Notes under the pieces: generated by a model | Database searches by the model: none | What the model was told of the DNA's origin: nothing | The model's input: the letters and a program-made list of their open reading frames with translations, nothing else | Shown: piece by piece, positions 30,375 through 40,237 of the stretch | Layout: each line of letters opens with the position of its first letter | Numbering within the stretch: the first letter of the stretch is position 1 | Source: an uncultured delta proteobacterium | Lineage (GTDB): Bacteria; Desulfobacterota; Binatia; UBA9968 | Assembly (NCBI GenBank): GCA_963745035.1 | Contig: CAVUVW010000014.1 | Span: forward strand, 704,001 to 768,000 | Reading direction: 5' to 3' | Length of the DNA stretch: 64,000 bases | Program-made: the position numbers and the translations under genes

Positions 30375-30497
30375 GGATGAGAAAGTTACGCTAGCACCGG
30401 CAAAGCGTAAGTCAAATGCGCTTCGATGCGACCGTGAACCGGGCTTTGGCCGGCATCGCGGTTGACCGCCCAAGTCAAGATGGTACAGTACAGCCCC

Positions 30498-31676
30498 ATG
30501 CCGCTCGCCACGATTGAAGAAGCGATCGCCGAAATTCGCCGCGGTCGTATGGTCATTTTGATGGATGACAAGGACCGCGAAAATGAAGGCGATCTTTGCA
30601 TGGCCGCCGAAAAGGTCACGCCGGCGACGATCAATTTCATGGCGACCTATGGCCGCGGCTTGATCTGCCTGCCGCTCACCGAAGAGCGGGTGCGCCATCT
30701 CGGGTTGTCGATGATGGTTTCGGAAAACACCTCGCCGTTTGGCACCGCGTTTACGGTATCGGTGGACTCCGCGGCGGGAATCACCACCGGCATCTCCGCC
30801 GCGGACCGCGCCAAGACGATTCTCGATGCCATCGCCGACGACGCCAAGCCGCAGGATCTGGTGATCCCCGGACATATTTTTCCGCTCCGTGCCCGCAACG
30901 GCGGGGTTTTGGTGCGCGCCGGTCAGACCGAGGGTTCCGTCGATCTCGCCCGACTCGCGGGGCTTAAACCGGCGGGCGTGATCTGCGAGATCATGAAGGA
31001 CGACGGCACCATGGCGCGCCAGCCCGATCTCATGCGATTTGCCAAGCGCCACAAGCTCAAGGTCGTAACCACCGCCGATCTCATTCAATACCGGCTCAAC
31101 TACGATTCGCTGGTGTATCGCGCTGCGGCAGCGCCGCTGCCCACCCGGGTAGGCGGCATGTTCGAGGCGATCGTCTACAACACCCACGTCGACCAGAGCG
31201 AGCACCTGGCGCTCGTCAAAGGCAAGATATCGCCCAAAGAAGAGACCTTGGTGCGCGTGCACACCAAATACGTGCCCGGCGATGTTTTCGGTTTCGAGCT
31301 GCTCAACACCAACGCGGTGATTCAACGCTCCATGGAAATCATTGCTCAGGCGGACAAAGGCGTCGTTTTATATCTCCGGCCGGAGCTCAGGGGACTGCGC
31401 CCGGCGATGGTGGCTTATCCCAAGCTGGAAGGAAAACAGCAGCGCGGGCTCAACCGTTCGTTCGTGTATCAAGCCGATTTCAAAGAATACGGCATCGGCG
31501 CACAGATCCTGCGTGATCTCGGCGTCGGCAAGATGCGTCTGCTGACCAACAACAAGAAACATTTGGTCGGCCTACGCGGCTACGGCTTGGAAGTCACCGC
31601 CCTCGAACCGATCCCGCGCGATCATCCGCTGCGCGAAGCCGCCAAGCCAAAAAAGCCCCGCGCGCAGCGCGCCTGA
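30498..31676 (+). CDS. ribB: DHBP synthase fused to a degenerate GTP cyclohydrolase II domain (RibBX type)
   Basis: RibB motifs [19 protein letters not shown] and GHIFPL are present. The GCHII half reads [14 protein letters not shown] and lacks the Zn-binding cysteines. Confidence 0.92.
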   Translation: MPLATIEEAIAEIRRGRMVILMDDKDRENEGDLCMAAEKVTPATINFMATYGRGLICLPLTEERVRHLGLSMMVSENTSPFGTAFTVSVDSAAGITTGISAADRAKTILDAIADDAKPQDLVIPGHIFPLRARNGGVLVRAGQTEGSVDLARLAGLKPAGVICEIMKDDGTMARQPDLMRFAKRHKLKVVTTADLIQYRLNYDSLVYRAAAAPLPTRVGGMFEAIVYNTHVDQSEHLALVKGKISPKEETLVRVHTKYVPGDVFGFELLNTNAVIQRSMEIIAQADKGVVLYLRPELRGLRPAMVAYPKLEGKQQRGLNRSFVYQADFKEYGIGAQILRDLGVGKMRLLTNNKKHLVGLRGYGLEVTALEPIPRDHPLREAAKPKKPRAQRA

Positions 31677-31740
31677 GTCTTTGCAATCCGAGATCGATGC
31701 CCGATCTGAAATTTGAAATTCCGAGCGAAAGCGAGGACAC

Positions 31741-31950
31741 ATGCCGATCTTCGAATACTGCTGCCGCAAGTGCAGCCATCGCTTCGAAACTATCGTTCTC
31801 TCGGCGTCGGAAAAAATCGCCTGCCCCAAGTGCCAAAGCAGCGCTCTTGAAAAGCAGCTCTCGGTCTTTAGCTCGCCGGCTTCGGGTGAGTCCGCCGCCG
31901 GCTCAAGCGGCGGCTGCGCCTGCACGCCGCAGACTTGCGGCTGTCATTAA
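31741..31950 (+). CDS. FmdB family zinc-ribbon protein
   Basis: MPIFEYCCRKCSHRFE..CPKCQS..KQLS with a Cys-rich tail; SD GAGGA. Confidence 0.88.
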   Translation: MPIFEYCCRKCSHRFETIVLSASEKIACPKCQSSALEKQLSVFSSPASGESAAGSSGGCACTPQTCGCH

Positions 31951-31952
31951 CA

Positions 31953-32480
31953 TTACAATTCTTTCGGTGGGGGGAGATAGCGCGGCAGCTCGGCACGAAT
32001 GCGCTTGAGCGCTTCGCCGACGTTGGCGTACACGCGCTCTTCCACGAGCTGTCCGTTGACCCAGTAATCCAGCGACGGCTGGTCGGTAAAATTAATATCC
32101 ACGAAGCGCGCGCCCGCCGGTTCCCCCGTGATGATGATCCGGATCGAATAACCGGCGTCGATGACGAGGCCCCTGGAGTTGGGCGGCAAGGGCAGGCTGC
32201 TCTTGATCTTGGCCAGCTTCTCCGGCGGATAGTTGCCGATTTCCAGCGAGTAGTAGCCCCATTCACCGGGCGCGGCGGCGAGGCCTTGCAAAAGTTTGGC
32301 ATTGATATCGACGAGGTTCTTCGCCGCCTGGTCCTGATTGTAGTTCTTGAGCAGCTCGTAGGCCCACTTCTCGATGATGCCCTTTTCCGGTGTCGCGGTC
32401 TTTTCCCGCTCCTTGACCGCCGGGCCACGGTCGATCCACCATTTGGTTTCGTCGAATGCGGGCGTTTTCTCTTCTGCCAT
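31953..32480 (-). CDS. Hypothetical protein
   Basis: 175-aa ORF with protein-like composition, co-oriented with the upstream gene. Confidence 0.7.
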   Translation of the reverse strand: MAEEKTPAFDETKWWIDRGPAVKEREKTATPEKGIIEKWAYELLKNYNQDQAAKNLVDINAKLLQGLAAAPGEWGYYSLEIGNYPPEKLAKIKSSLPLPPNSRGLVIDAGYSIRIIITGEPAGARFVDINFTDQPSLDYWVNGQLVEERVYANVGEALKRIRAELPRYLPPPKEL

Positions 32481-32513
32481 GGAACTTCACCGGCGCTCGA
32501 GGCTTGCTCGACG

Positions 32514-33506
32514 CTAGATTTTGAATTCCTCCAAGGTGCTCCGCGCAAACAGCGAATCGACTTCCAGCCGCTTGCTGATCAATCCCTGCTCGTGGGTGTA
32601 CTGCACCAGGGTTTCGAGAATATGGCGATTGGCTTCCAATCCGTAGGCCCAAGGATCCGGCCCGAGCGCTTCGCGTTCCTTTTCCATCTCATCGATCGAC
32701 CACGCGAGCATGTATTTCAGCGCCGAGAACTCGTACATCGCCTCCTGGCAGAGCCGCTTGGATTCTTCGAACGCCTTGAACAGGCTCTGCGCGATCCAGG
32801 GATGTTTCTCGTAGACCTCTTCGCGGATGACCATGGTGTGCATGATTGGAAAAATCTTCGTGCGCTTGAAGTAGTCCTGCTCGACTTCGCGAAAATTGGG
32901 AATCAGGCGCTGCACCTTGGGATGGCGGCGCACGAACGGCGACGGCATGTGCGCCGAGATCATGGCGTCGATCTCGCCTTTTTCGAGCATGCCTGAGAGT
33001 GTCTTGTCCGGCGGAATCGCCTGAATATCGATGCTCGGCGGGAGGTTATGTTTGACTTTGTCCTGTCGTCCCGGGTGCTCTTCGCCTCCGGTGAACCATT
33101 TCATTTTCTCCGGCGCCACGCCGTACTCGTGCTGCAGTATGCCGCGCGCCCACGTCGCCATGGTGATTTGATACTCGGGAACGCCCACCCGCTTGCCGAC
33201 CATGTCGGCGGGCTTTTTGATTCTCGAATCGGTATTGATGTAAATGCACGAATGACGAAAAGTTTTCGACGGAAAAACCGGAATCCCGATCAGCCGCGGC
33301 GCGCCTTTATCGCGCGACATCAAGAACGAACCGGTGGACATTTCCGCCACGTCGAATTCGCCGTAGCGTAGCATGCGCCAGAAAGTCTCCTCCACGCGCA
33401 GCGGCAAGTAAGTGAGATCGACTCCCTCGACCTCCACCCGGCCGTCCTGAAGGGCGCGCGTACGGTCGTAATCCCAGCAGGCCAACGTCAACCGGATCTT
33501 CCCCAT
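32514..33506 (-). CDS. 4,5-dihydroxyphthalate decarboxylase-like / substrate-binding-fold protein
   Basis: Motifs LTLACWDYDRTRAL.DGRV, FDVAEMS, PVFPSKTFRH, VGVPEYQIT and FPIMH. Confidence 0.82.
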   Translation of the reverse strand: MGKIRLTLACWDYDRTRALQDGRVEVEGVDLTYLPLRVEETFWRMLRYGEFDVAEMSTGSFLMSRDKGAPRLIGIPVFPSKTFRHSCIYINTDSRIKKPADMVGKRVGVPEYQITMATWARGILQHEYGVAPEKMKWFTGGEEHPGRQDKVKHNLPPSIDIQAIPPDKTLSGMLEKGEIDAMISAHMPSPFVRRHPKVQRLIPNFREVEQDYFKRTKIFPIMHTMVIREEVYEKHPWIAQSLFKAFEESKRLCQEAMYEFSALKYMLAWSIDEMEKEREALGPDPWAYGLEANRHILETLVQYTHEQGLISKRLEVDSLFARSTLEEFKI

Positions 33507-33528
33507 GACTTCTCCTTGATATTTGAAT

Positions 33529-33729
33529 TCAGGATTGAACGCCGGCGAGAAACTGGTTGGCGCTGATGACGAACTGTTCCTTCTCGCCCTCCAACACGAC
33601 GGCCGCTTCGCCCGAAGCCAGCGTGGTGCGCCGCTGCACTCTATACGGTTTGCCTTTAAACCGGACCTGCATACCGGGACAATACTGGCGCAGCCGCTCG
33701 TGATCGTTTTGCGGATCAATCTTTTCCAT
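33529..33729 (-). CDS. Small hypothetical protein (SH3-like beta pattern)
   Basis: 66-aa ORF (PGMQVRFKGKPYRV..) that fills the gap and is co-oriented with the downstream gene. Confidence 0.6.
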   Translation of the reverse strand: MEKIDPQNDHERLRQYCPGMQVRFKGKPYRVQRRTTLASGEAAVVLEGEKEQFVISANQFLAGVQS

Positions 33730-33834
33730 CGCTTGGGTTTCATACCATATCGGTGCACAAAGCTGAAATCGCCCGGGAGTTTGGCGCTTGGATCATCTAC
33801 AATCCGGCACGAGTTCTTAATTGGCGCCGCGAAA

Positions 33835-33863
33835 TTGACATCACCATCACCCGAGAATAAAGT
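33835..33863 (+). promoter_or_regulatory. Sigma70-type promoter of panE
   Basis: TTGACA-17 nt-TAAAGT. Confidence 0.55.
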
Positions 33864-33878
33864 CGCGGCGAGGGAATA

Positions 33879-34815
33879 ATGCGCATTGCCGTGATGGGAA
33901 CCGGCGCGGTGGGCGGCTACTTCGGCGCAAAGCTTGCCGCCGCCGGACACGATCTGGCCTTTATCGCCCGGGGCAAACACCTCGAAGCGATGCTCCACGC
34001 GGGACTTCGAATTAAAAGCCCCAACGGCAATCTCCATATCAGCGATGCCCTTTTTGCCAGGGACCCTGCCGCATACGGCCCAGCGGAACTCGTGCTCTTC
34101 TGCGTCAAGTCTTACGACACCGAAGCTGCGGCAGAAACTCTCGCGCCATTGATCGGCGACGAAACCGCGGTTCTCTCGTTGCAGAACGGCGTCGATAACC
34201 CAGAGAAGATCGCACGACGCTGGGGAACCGGGCGATGTTTGCCCGGCGTTGTCTACCTCGGCGCCCAAGTGGCCGCGCCGGGGCTAGTTCTTCACTCCTC
34301 GGGCGGCAAGATCGTCTTCGGGGCATCATCCGGTCCCCCCGGAACGGCCGCCGAGCACATCGAACAAACCCTTTCGTCGGCGGGCATCCCGTGCTCGATC
34401 AGCGAGAACATCGAGAAGGTTCAATGGTCCAAACTCTTATGGAATGCGCCGTTCTGCGCGATCAGCGCTCTGGCGCGCGCCGACGTGAAACAGATCCTCG
34501 AATGCCAACCGCTCACGACACTCGCCATCGACTGCATGGCGGAAGTGCAAGCGGCAGCGCTCACGCGCGGCGTCGATTTGCCGGGCGCGCTGTTTGAGGA
34601 GACCATCGCTTTTTCAGCCGCCTTAGGCAGCTTTCAAACCTTCCATGCTGCAAGATTTGGAAGCTGGCAAACCGCTCGAATACGAAGCCTTCAACGGGCT
34701 CGTCGTAAAAATATTGCAGCAAGCCGGCCACGCCGCGCCGGTCAATCAAAGCTTCTACGCTTTGCTCCAGCAACTCGACAAAAAACCTCGCGAGGAGGCC
34801 GCGCGCCAGTCATGA
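33879..34815 (+). CDS. panE: 2-dehydropantoate 2-reductase (one frameshift near 34632)
   Basis: Motifs GTGAVGGYFG, VKSYD, SLQNGV and WSKLLWN. After the shift it reads FKPSMLQDLEAGKPLEYEAFNG and ends at TGA 34815. Confidence 0.9.
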
Positions 34816-35723
34816 TCAACGTCATTCGCTCCTTCATCCTTTGCCTGCTTATTTGTGTGGCGGTCAGCGCGCATTTTACCCATGCACTCGGCGCTCAAAC
34901 GGAAGATAAGACCTTGGTTGCCAGGGGGCAGTACATTTTCGCCGTCGCCGGAGGTTGTGCCTGCCACACGGTCCCGAAAGAAACGCTGCACGCCGGCGGC
35001 CGCGCTTTCCCGATCCCCTTCGGCACCGTTTACAGCACCAATATCACCCAAGACAAAGAAACCGGCTTGGGCGCGTGGACCGATCAACAAATCATCGACG
35101 CGATCGTAAAGGGCATTCGGCCGGACGGCAGCCGCTCGTTGCCGGTGATGCCGTACGAAAAATATTCCGGCATGGCCCAGGAAGATTTGAAGGCGCTGGT
35201 CGCTTACCTGCGAACACTCAAGCCGGTGAAGAAAGCCACTCCGCAGCTCAAGACCAAGGCGCCCTTCGTGCGCGGTCTCGGGACGCCGGCGTACTTGAAA
35301 TTGTTCGGCCGTTTCAGCAGCGCGCCGCCGGCACAGGCTCCCAAAGGCGGAGTCGAACGGGGGCGCTACCTCGTCGATCACGTCTCGCTTTGCGGCGACT
35401 GCCATACGCCGCGAAATTTTCTCGGCGTGCCGAAGCAATCGCTCTATATGGCCGGCGCCGGCCAGGACATCGGCCCCTTGGGCGAAGCTGTGCCGAATAT
35501 CACGCCGGATAAAGAAACCGGCATCGGCAGTTGGAAGCGCGAGGAAATCGCCGAGCTGCTCAACTCCGGCACGAAACCGGATTTCGACAACGTCCAGGGC
35601 CTCATGTACGAGGTCATCCAGGGGACGTCGTATGGCTACAAAGACATGACCAAGGAGGATGCCCTGGCGATCGCCGACTATTTAAAAACGATCCCGGCCA
35701 TCGCCAACAAGATCGGCAAATAG
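34812..35723 (+). CDS. Periplasmic diheme c-type cytochrome
   Basis: Signal peptide, then RGQYI..GCACHT, NITQDKETGLG, MPY, RGRYL..CGDCHTP and PNITPD. Confidence 0.88.
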   Translation: MINVIRSFILCLLICVAVSAHFTHALGAQTEDKTLVARGQYIFAVAGGCACHTVPKETLHAGGRAFPIPFGTVYSTNITQDKETGLGAWTDQQIIDAIVKGIRPDGSRSLPVMPYEKYSGMAQEDLKALVAYLRTLKPVKKATPQLKTKAPFVRGLGTPAYLKLFGRFSSAPPAQAPKGGVERGRYLVDHVSLCGDCHTPRNFLGVPKQSLYMAGAGQDIGPLGEAVPNITPDKETGIGSWKREEIAELLNSGTKPDFDNVQGLMYEVIQGTSYGYKDMTKEDALAIADYLKTIPAIANKIGK

Positions 35724-35821
35724 CTCTGGAAACACGTTGGCACACGGCAGCTGCCGATCATCTCTCGGGGAGCGTCGGTATCACTCATTAAAAAATCTGG
35801 CTTCGGGAGAAGCGTAAGTTC

Positions 35822-36069
35822 GTCATGCCCGCGAGGCGGGCATCCAGGTTGATCGCGAATTCCGCAGTCGCACTTGGTTCAGTTCGGCGATCCTGGAGTC
35901 GCGAGACACTCAAGGGCGCAGCCGCAAAGCCTTCTCACGCCTGGCAATTTATCTCCTTCGCTATGGAAGGATGGCGTCCCGCCGGCTCCACCGCGGATTT
36001 CGTGTTGATATGAGGGATGTATGTGAGGCACACACCCTGGATACCTCGCTGGGAGCCTGCGGGAATGAC
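35822..36069. repeat. REP/MITE-like element with palindromic ends
   Basis: GTCATGCCCGCGAGGCGGGCATCCAGG ... CCTGGATACCTCGCTGGGAGCCTGCGGGAATGAC, between convergent genes. Confidence 0.65.
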
Positions 36070-36115
36070 CCGAGTGGGAAATCGACTGCGCGCTTTTGTT
36101 TGGCGAGGGAGCGCG

Positions 36116-37102
36116 TTAATTCCGCGGCACTTGCTTAAGGATCTCGCCGATCACTTGGTCGGTGGTGATATTCTCGGCTTCCGCCTGGAAGTTGAGGATC
36201 AGACGGTGGCGCAAGGCCGAATGTAAAACCCGCTCGACGTCTTCGTAGCTCACGTGCACGCGGTTCTCGGCCAGCGCCTGGCCCTTGGCGCCGAGAATCA
36301 CCGCTTGAGCGCCGCGCGGACTAGCGCCGAATCGGATGTACTGCTTGACCAGCGTTTTCACCCCTCCGCCGTTGCCGGCCTCCGGCTGGGTCGCGTGGAC
36401 CAAGCGCACCACGTAGTCCTCAATTGGCGGCGCGATCATGACTTGGCGCAGGAGCTGCTGCATCTCACCGACCAGGCGGCCGCCGTCTTCGGGCAGCACC
36501 TTGGAAACCTCTCCGGTGGACGTGCCGGTGGTGCGCTTGAGAATCTCCTTGAGCTCGGCCGGCGCCGGCGCCGTCACGAGCAGCTTAAAGAAGAAGCGAT
36601 CCAATTGCGCTTCCGGCAGCGGGTATGTCCCTTCGAGCTCGATCGGGTTTTGGGTGGCGAGCACGATGAACGGCGACTCGAGAATATGGGACTCCCCGAA
36701 AACGGTTACCTGCTTCTCTTCCATCGCTTCGAGCACCGCCGACTGGGTCTTCGGCGTCGCGCGATTGATCTCGTCGGCGAGCACGACGTGGGCGAAAATC
36801 GGCCCGCGCTTGAACTGAAATTCGCGCCGGCCGTTGTTCTCGGTGAGCACCTCGGTGCCGACGATATCTGAGGGCATCAGGTCGGGCGTAAATTGAATGC
36901 GTTTGAAGGACATGCCCAGGGCCTGGCTCAACGATTTCACAAGCAGTGTCTTGCCCAGGCCCGGCACGCCTTCGAGCAGGACATGTCCGCCGGCAAAAAA
37001 GGCGATCAGGATGCGCCGGACGAGGTCACTGTGGCCGACAATGACCTTCTGCACTTCGGTCTCGAGGCGCTTGAACGTTTGCTGAAATTGTTCCGGCTCC
37101 AT
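36116..37102 (-). CDS. MoxR family AAA+ ATPase
   Basis: Motifs EGVPGLGKT, RIQFTPDLMPSD, DEINRA and ATQNPIELEGTYPLPEAQLDRF. Confidence 0.94.
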   Translation of the reverse strand: MEPEQFQQTFKRLETEVQKVIVGHSDLVRRILIAFFAGGHVLLEGVPGLGKTLLVKSLSQALGMSFKRIQFTPDLMPSDIVGTEVLTENNGRREFQFKRGPIFAHVVLADEINRATPKTQSAVLEAMEEKQVTVFGESHILESPFIVLATQNPIELEGTYPLPEAQLDRFFFKLLVTAPAPAELKEILKRTTGTSTGEVSKVLPEDGGRLVGEMQQLLRQVMIAPPIEDYVVRLVHATQPEAGNGGGVKTLVKQYIRFGASPRGAQAVILGAKGQALAENRVHVSYEDVERVLHSALRHRLILNFQAEAENITTDQVIGEILKQVPRN

Positions 37103-37110
37103 GAAGCTCC

Positions 37111-38502
37111 TCAACGAATAATCCCGCGGTACTCGATCGGCACCTGTTGCTTTTCAGTCGGGGCATTCGGCACGTGAGCCGGCAGCGGCGCATTGCTTAC
37201 CGGGACTTGCGATCTCGCCCGTGCGTTCTTCGATTCTTTAGTCGTTCGGCTTTCTCCCTTAGCGTCGGCGACCGTTTCCTCCGGTAGCTGCACCGTAACG
37301 TATCCCTTGCCGGCTAACCCCTCTTTTCCTTCGCCCGGCTTGTAAAAGCGCTCCGCCGGCGATCCGCCCTGGGGCGGCGGCTCTTCCGATGCTTGCTGTT
37401 TGCCGGCGCCTTCTTTGGAACCGCCCGGCGTTTTGCCGGCTTTCTCCTTGGTCGGATCGTTGGTCGGCTGGTTCGGGTCCGGCTGGTTTTGATTGTTCTT
37501 CGTGTCACCCGTCTGGTTCTTTTCCTGTCCCTGCTCCTTCGGGTTTGCCTTCGCCGATTTGCCCTGGTCGAATTCTTCCCGGCCCAACTTCGCGCTCGAC
37601 TCGCCCGTGCCGTCGCCGCTGCCTTGGTTTTGCTTGTTTTCTCCCTCGCCGTCTTGCGGCGCATTGCTTTGAATTCCGCCGCCTTTTTGTTGTTGCTGCT
37701 CGCCTTGCCCGCGCGCCGCCTGCTGCTCCTTTTTCAAACTGCTGATCGCGCTCGCTGCTTCGCCGAGCAAATTGCGGCTTTCGTTTTCCTGCTCTTTTTT
37801 TTGCTGCTCTTCGATCCGCTGTTCCATTTTTTCGATGGCCGCTTGCTTCTCGGCGGGAGGAGCCTTCGGCTCGTCGAGTTTTACCGCCAGCTCTTTAAGC
37901 TCTTGCCCAAGCGCCCGAAGACTTGGCTTCGCGGCCATGCGCTGGACGACGTCCGCCACGCGCTCCTGGGCGCTCACCCGATAAGGGGCAGCCGGAGGGA
38001 TGGGCACAAGGAAATAGATCAGCAGCGCCACAACCAGAGAAACTCCGAGCGACCAATATGCCGAACTCTTGAATCGATACGGAAAGTCGCGGGCGAGCTC
38101 TACTCGATGAACGAACCCTTCGGTTTGCAGGCGCAGCCGCGCGAGAAACGGCGCCGCTTGGCTCGCCGGATCGATGGTTGCCAGCGTGAGAAAATGATCC
38201 TTAGCGCCCGATCTTTGATCGACCAAACCCGCGGCGCCGCGAACGTTTGGCAGCAGCGGCCGGCGCCGCAGCAAAACGGCAACCGTCGTCAGCGCCGCAA
38301 CCACACCGGCGGCGGAAAGCGCGCCGGTGGGCGTCAGCCAACCGGTCCGAAGCAGCAGAGCAACGATAAAAACGCCGGCGGCGGCCGGCGGTCCGAAAAA
38401 CAGCAGGACGTCCCAAAGCGCGTGGCGGCTCAACCGATCGACCAAGCGGTGAACCAGACTCTCCGCTCCGGCGCGGTTGACTTGGCGGGAGAGCACCTGC
38501 AT
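37111..38502 (-). CDS. Membrane protein with coiled-coil and Q/G/K-rich tail (MoxR-associated type)
   Basis: Three hydrophobic segments, a low-complexity tail and the end VPIEYRGIIR, directly upstream of moxR. Confidence 0.75.
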   Translation of the reverse strand: MQVLSRQVNRAGAESLVHRLVDRLSRHALWDVLLFFGPPAAAGVFIVALLLRTGWLTPTGALSAAGVVAALTTVAVLLRRRPLLPNVRGAAGLVDQRSGAKDHFLTLATIDPASQAAPFLARLRLQTEGFVHRVELARDFPYRFKSSAYWSLGVSLVVALLIYFLVPIPPAAPYRVSAQERVADVVQRMAAKPSLRALGQELKELAVKLDEPKAPPAEKQAAIEKMEQRIEEQQKKEQENESRNLLGEAASAISSLKKEQQAARGQGEQQQQKGGGIQSNAPQDGEGENKQNQGSGDGTGESSAKLGREEFDQGKSAKANPKEQGQEKNQTGDTKNNQNQPDPNQPTNDPTKEKAGKTPGGSKEGAGKQQASEEPPPQGGSPAERFYKPGEGKEGLAGKGYVTVQLPEETVADAKGESRTTKESKNARARSQVPVSNAPLPAHVPNAPTEKQQVPIEYRGIIR

Positions 38503-38547
38503 CGGCGCAACTATAACATGTCGAAGAGAGCGGCTTAAACTCGGCGT

Positions 38548-39579
38548 TCAGCGGCGCGACGGCGCTTTGGAACGGCTCGCCGGTTCACGCGCCGGCTGAT
38601 AGGTCTTGACCGCCTGGTTATGCGCCTCGATGGTTTCGGAAAAGAGGTGCGTGCCGTCGTTCCTGGAGACAAAGTAAAGATACGGAACTTGGGCCGGCTG
38701 CAGCGCCGCCCGGATCGAGGAGAGACCCGGATTGCAGATCGGCCCGGGAGGCAAGGCGGTGATTCGATACGTGTTGTAAGGAGTCGGCTCCTGCAAATTT
38801 TTACGCGTCAGGTTGCCGCTAAACTCCTTGATCCCGTAAATTACGGTGGGATCGCTTTGCAGCGGCATTTGCCGTTTCAAGCGATTGTGGAACACCGCCG
38901 AGACCACCGGCCGTTCGGCGTCGATGCCGGTTTCCTTTTCAATGATCGAGGCGAGGGTAAGAATCTCGTGCGGCGTCAGCGCGGTCGCGTTATCGCCTTG
39001 ATTTAACAGCGGCAGCGAAATTTTGCGGAACTGCTCCGTCATCGCGACGATGATATCTTTTTCCGGGGTGGACGGCGTGAAATGGTAGGTGCTCGGAAAC
39101 AAATAGCCTTCGATTCCTTTGCTGCTGAACCCGAGACTTGCTAAAAAACTCGGATCCTTGACCAAGGCGAGAAACTTGTCCTTGTCGGCGATCTGCATTT
39201 TATCGAGCAGCTCAGCGATTTCCTTAACGGTCATGCCTTCGGGAATCGTGATGATTTGAAAGATCCCCCGTCCGGTGATCAGACGGTCGAGAATTTCGCG
39301 CGGCGGCGTAGGCGCGTCGAATCGATACAGACCTTGATGGATTTTCTTTTCGACGCCGCTTACACGCGCCCAGAGGGAGAACAAAAACCCGTTGGCGATG
39401 AGGCGCCGGTCGCGCAGCTTGCGCGACACCGCGGCGAGCGAATCGCCATGCTCGACCCGGATTTCCGCCGGGTAGAGTTCGGGCGCGGGCGTCCAGTGAT
39501 GGATATGATAGAGCAAGACGCCGGCGCTTATGCCCGCGCCCAAAAGCGCGGCCAGGAGAACAATTCGTAATGTTTTCAC
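38548..39579 (-). CDS. mltG: Endolytic transglycosylase
   Basis: Motifs TIPEG, EGYLFPSTY, LASIIEKE, LQSDPT, YNTY and LPPGPICNPG. Confidence 0.94.
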   Translation of the reverse strand: MKTLRIVLLAALLGAGISAGVLLYHIHHWTPAPELYPAEIRVEHGDSLAAVSRKLRDRRLIANGFLFSLWARVSGVEKKIHQGLYRFDAPTPPREILDRLITGRGIFQIITIPEGMTVKEIAELLDKMQIADKDKFLALVKDPSFLASLGFSSKGIEGYLFPSTYHFTPSTPEKDIIVAMTEQFRKISLPLLNQGDNATALTPHEILTLASIIEKETGIDAERPVVSAVFHNRLKRQMPLQSDPTVIYGIKEFSGNLTRKNLQEPTPYNTYRITALPPGPICNPGLSSIRAALQPAQVPYLYFVSRNDGTHLFSETIEAHNQAVKTYQPAREPASRSKAPSRR

Positions 39580-39633
39580 AACAAGGAATTATGACCGGCG
39601 AGCTAGGATCGATTGGGAGAATGCGTGAATCAA

Positions 39634-40203
39634 TCAATTCTCCGTGGTGTTCACTTTGATCCAGCCCTCGATCTGGCGCACGAAGCCGGCGAACGGGTCT
39701 TCGCCCGGAGCGGTGCTGAAATAGGCTTTGCGCGTGTAATCGAGCGCACCGGAATAATACTCGAATTTCTTGGAAAGCTCCTGGTAAAGTAGATAGCCGG
39801 TGCGATAAAGCGAGAGATCGAGCTCGGAAACGGTCCAATATGAGCGGCTGCCTTCTTGAATATAATATTCCAGCGAGCCGATGCCTTCCACGTGCTGGCG
39901 GAACATGCCGCTCATGAAGAGCGCGTAATCGCCCGTATACTTGCGCAAGGAGCGCTCCTTGAGGACCCCGCTTTCGTCGGTCGAAGAGTCGCGCTGTTGC
40001 GCGAGCATTTCCACCATGCTGGCGACCTTACGCCCCTGCCGCCCGCGAAATTTGTAGAGATTATCGGAGCGGGCAAAGTCCGCCAGCACGTCGGCGACAT
40101 ACCCCGCCACCGTGGCGTCGTAGATGCCCAGCTGCCAAAAACTCTGGCGCACGACATCTAGGAAAAACTTCTGCAGCCGATTGTCCGAGGCACTGTTTTC
40201 CAT
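39634..40203 (-). CDS. Conserved hypothetical protein
   Basis: Helical protein with KYTGDYALFMSGMF..YYIQEGSRSY. Confidence 0.75.
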   Translation of the reverse strand: MENSASDNRLQKFFLDVVRQSFWQLGIYDATVAGYVADVLADFARSDNLYKFRGRQGRKVASMVEMLAQQRDSSTDESGVLKERSLRKYTGDYALFMSGMFRQHVEGIGSLEYYIQEGSRSYWTVSELDLSLYRTGYLLYQELSKKFEYYSGALDYTRKAYFSTAPGEDPFAGFVRQIEGWIKVNTTEN

Positions 40204-40237
40204 CCCGTGCACAAAATGATACCAAAGTTACGGTGCC

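Noticed and set aside
30375-30497. FMN riboswitch upstream of ribB
   Set aside because: No RFN motifs are present, and the promoter lies directly before the start codon.
32514-34268. 584-aa ORF as a single protein
   Set aside because: The family match begins at MGKIRLTLAC (33506) after an SD; the extension overlaps panE and the 66-aa gene.
33879-35723. Apparent 614-aa PanE-cytochrome c fusion
   Set aside because: A single frameshift near 34632 explains it: the PanE C-terminus continues in another frame to TGA 34815, overlapping the cytochrome ATG at 34812.
35965-36000. tRNA or tmRNA gene
   Set aside because: Only a 16-nt 3'-end-like match; no TTCG T-loop, cloverleaf or CCA end.
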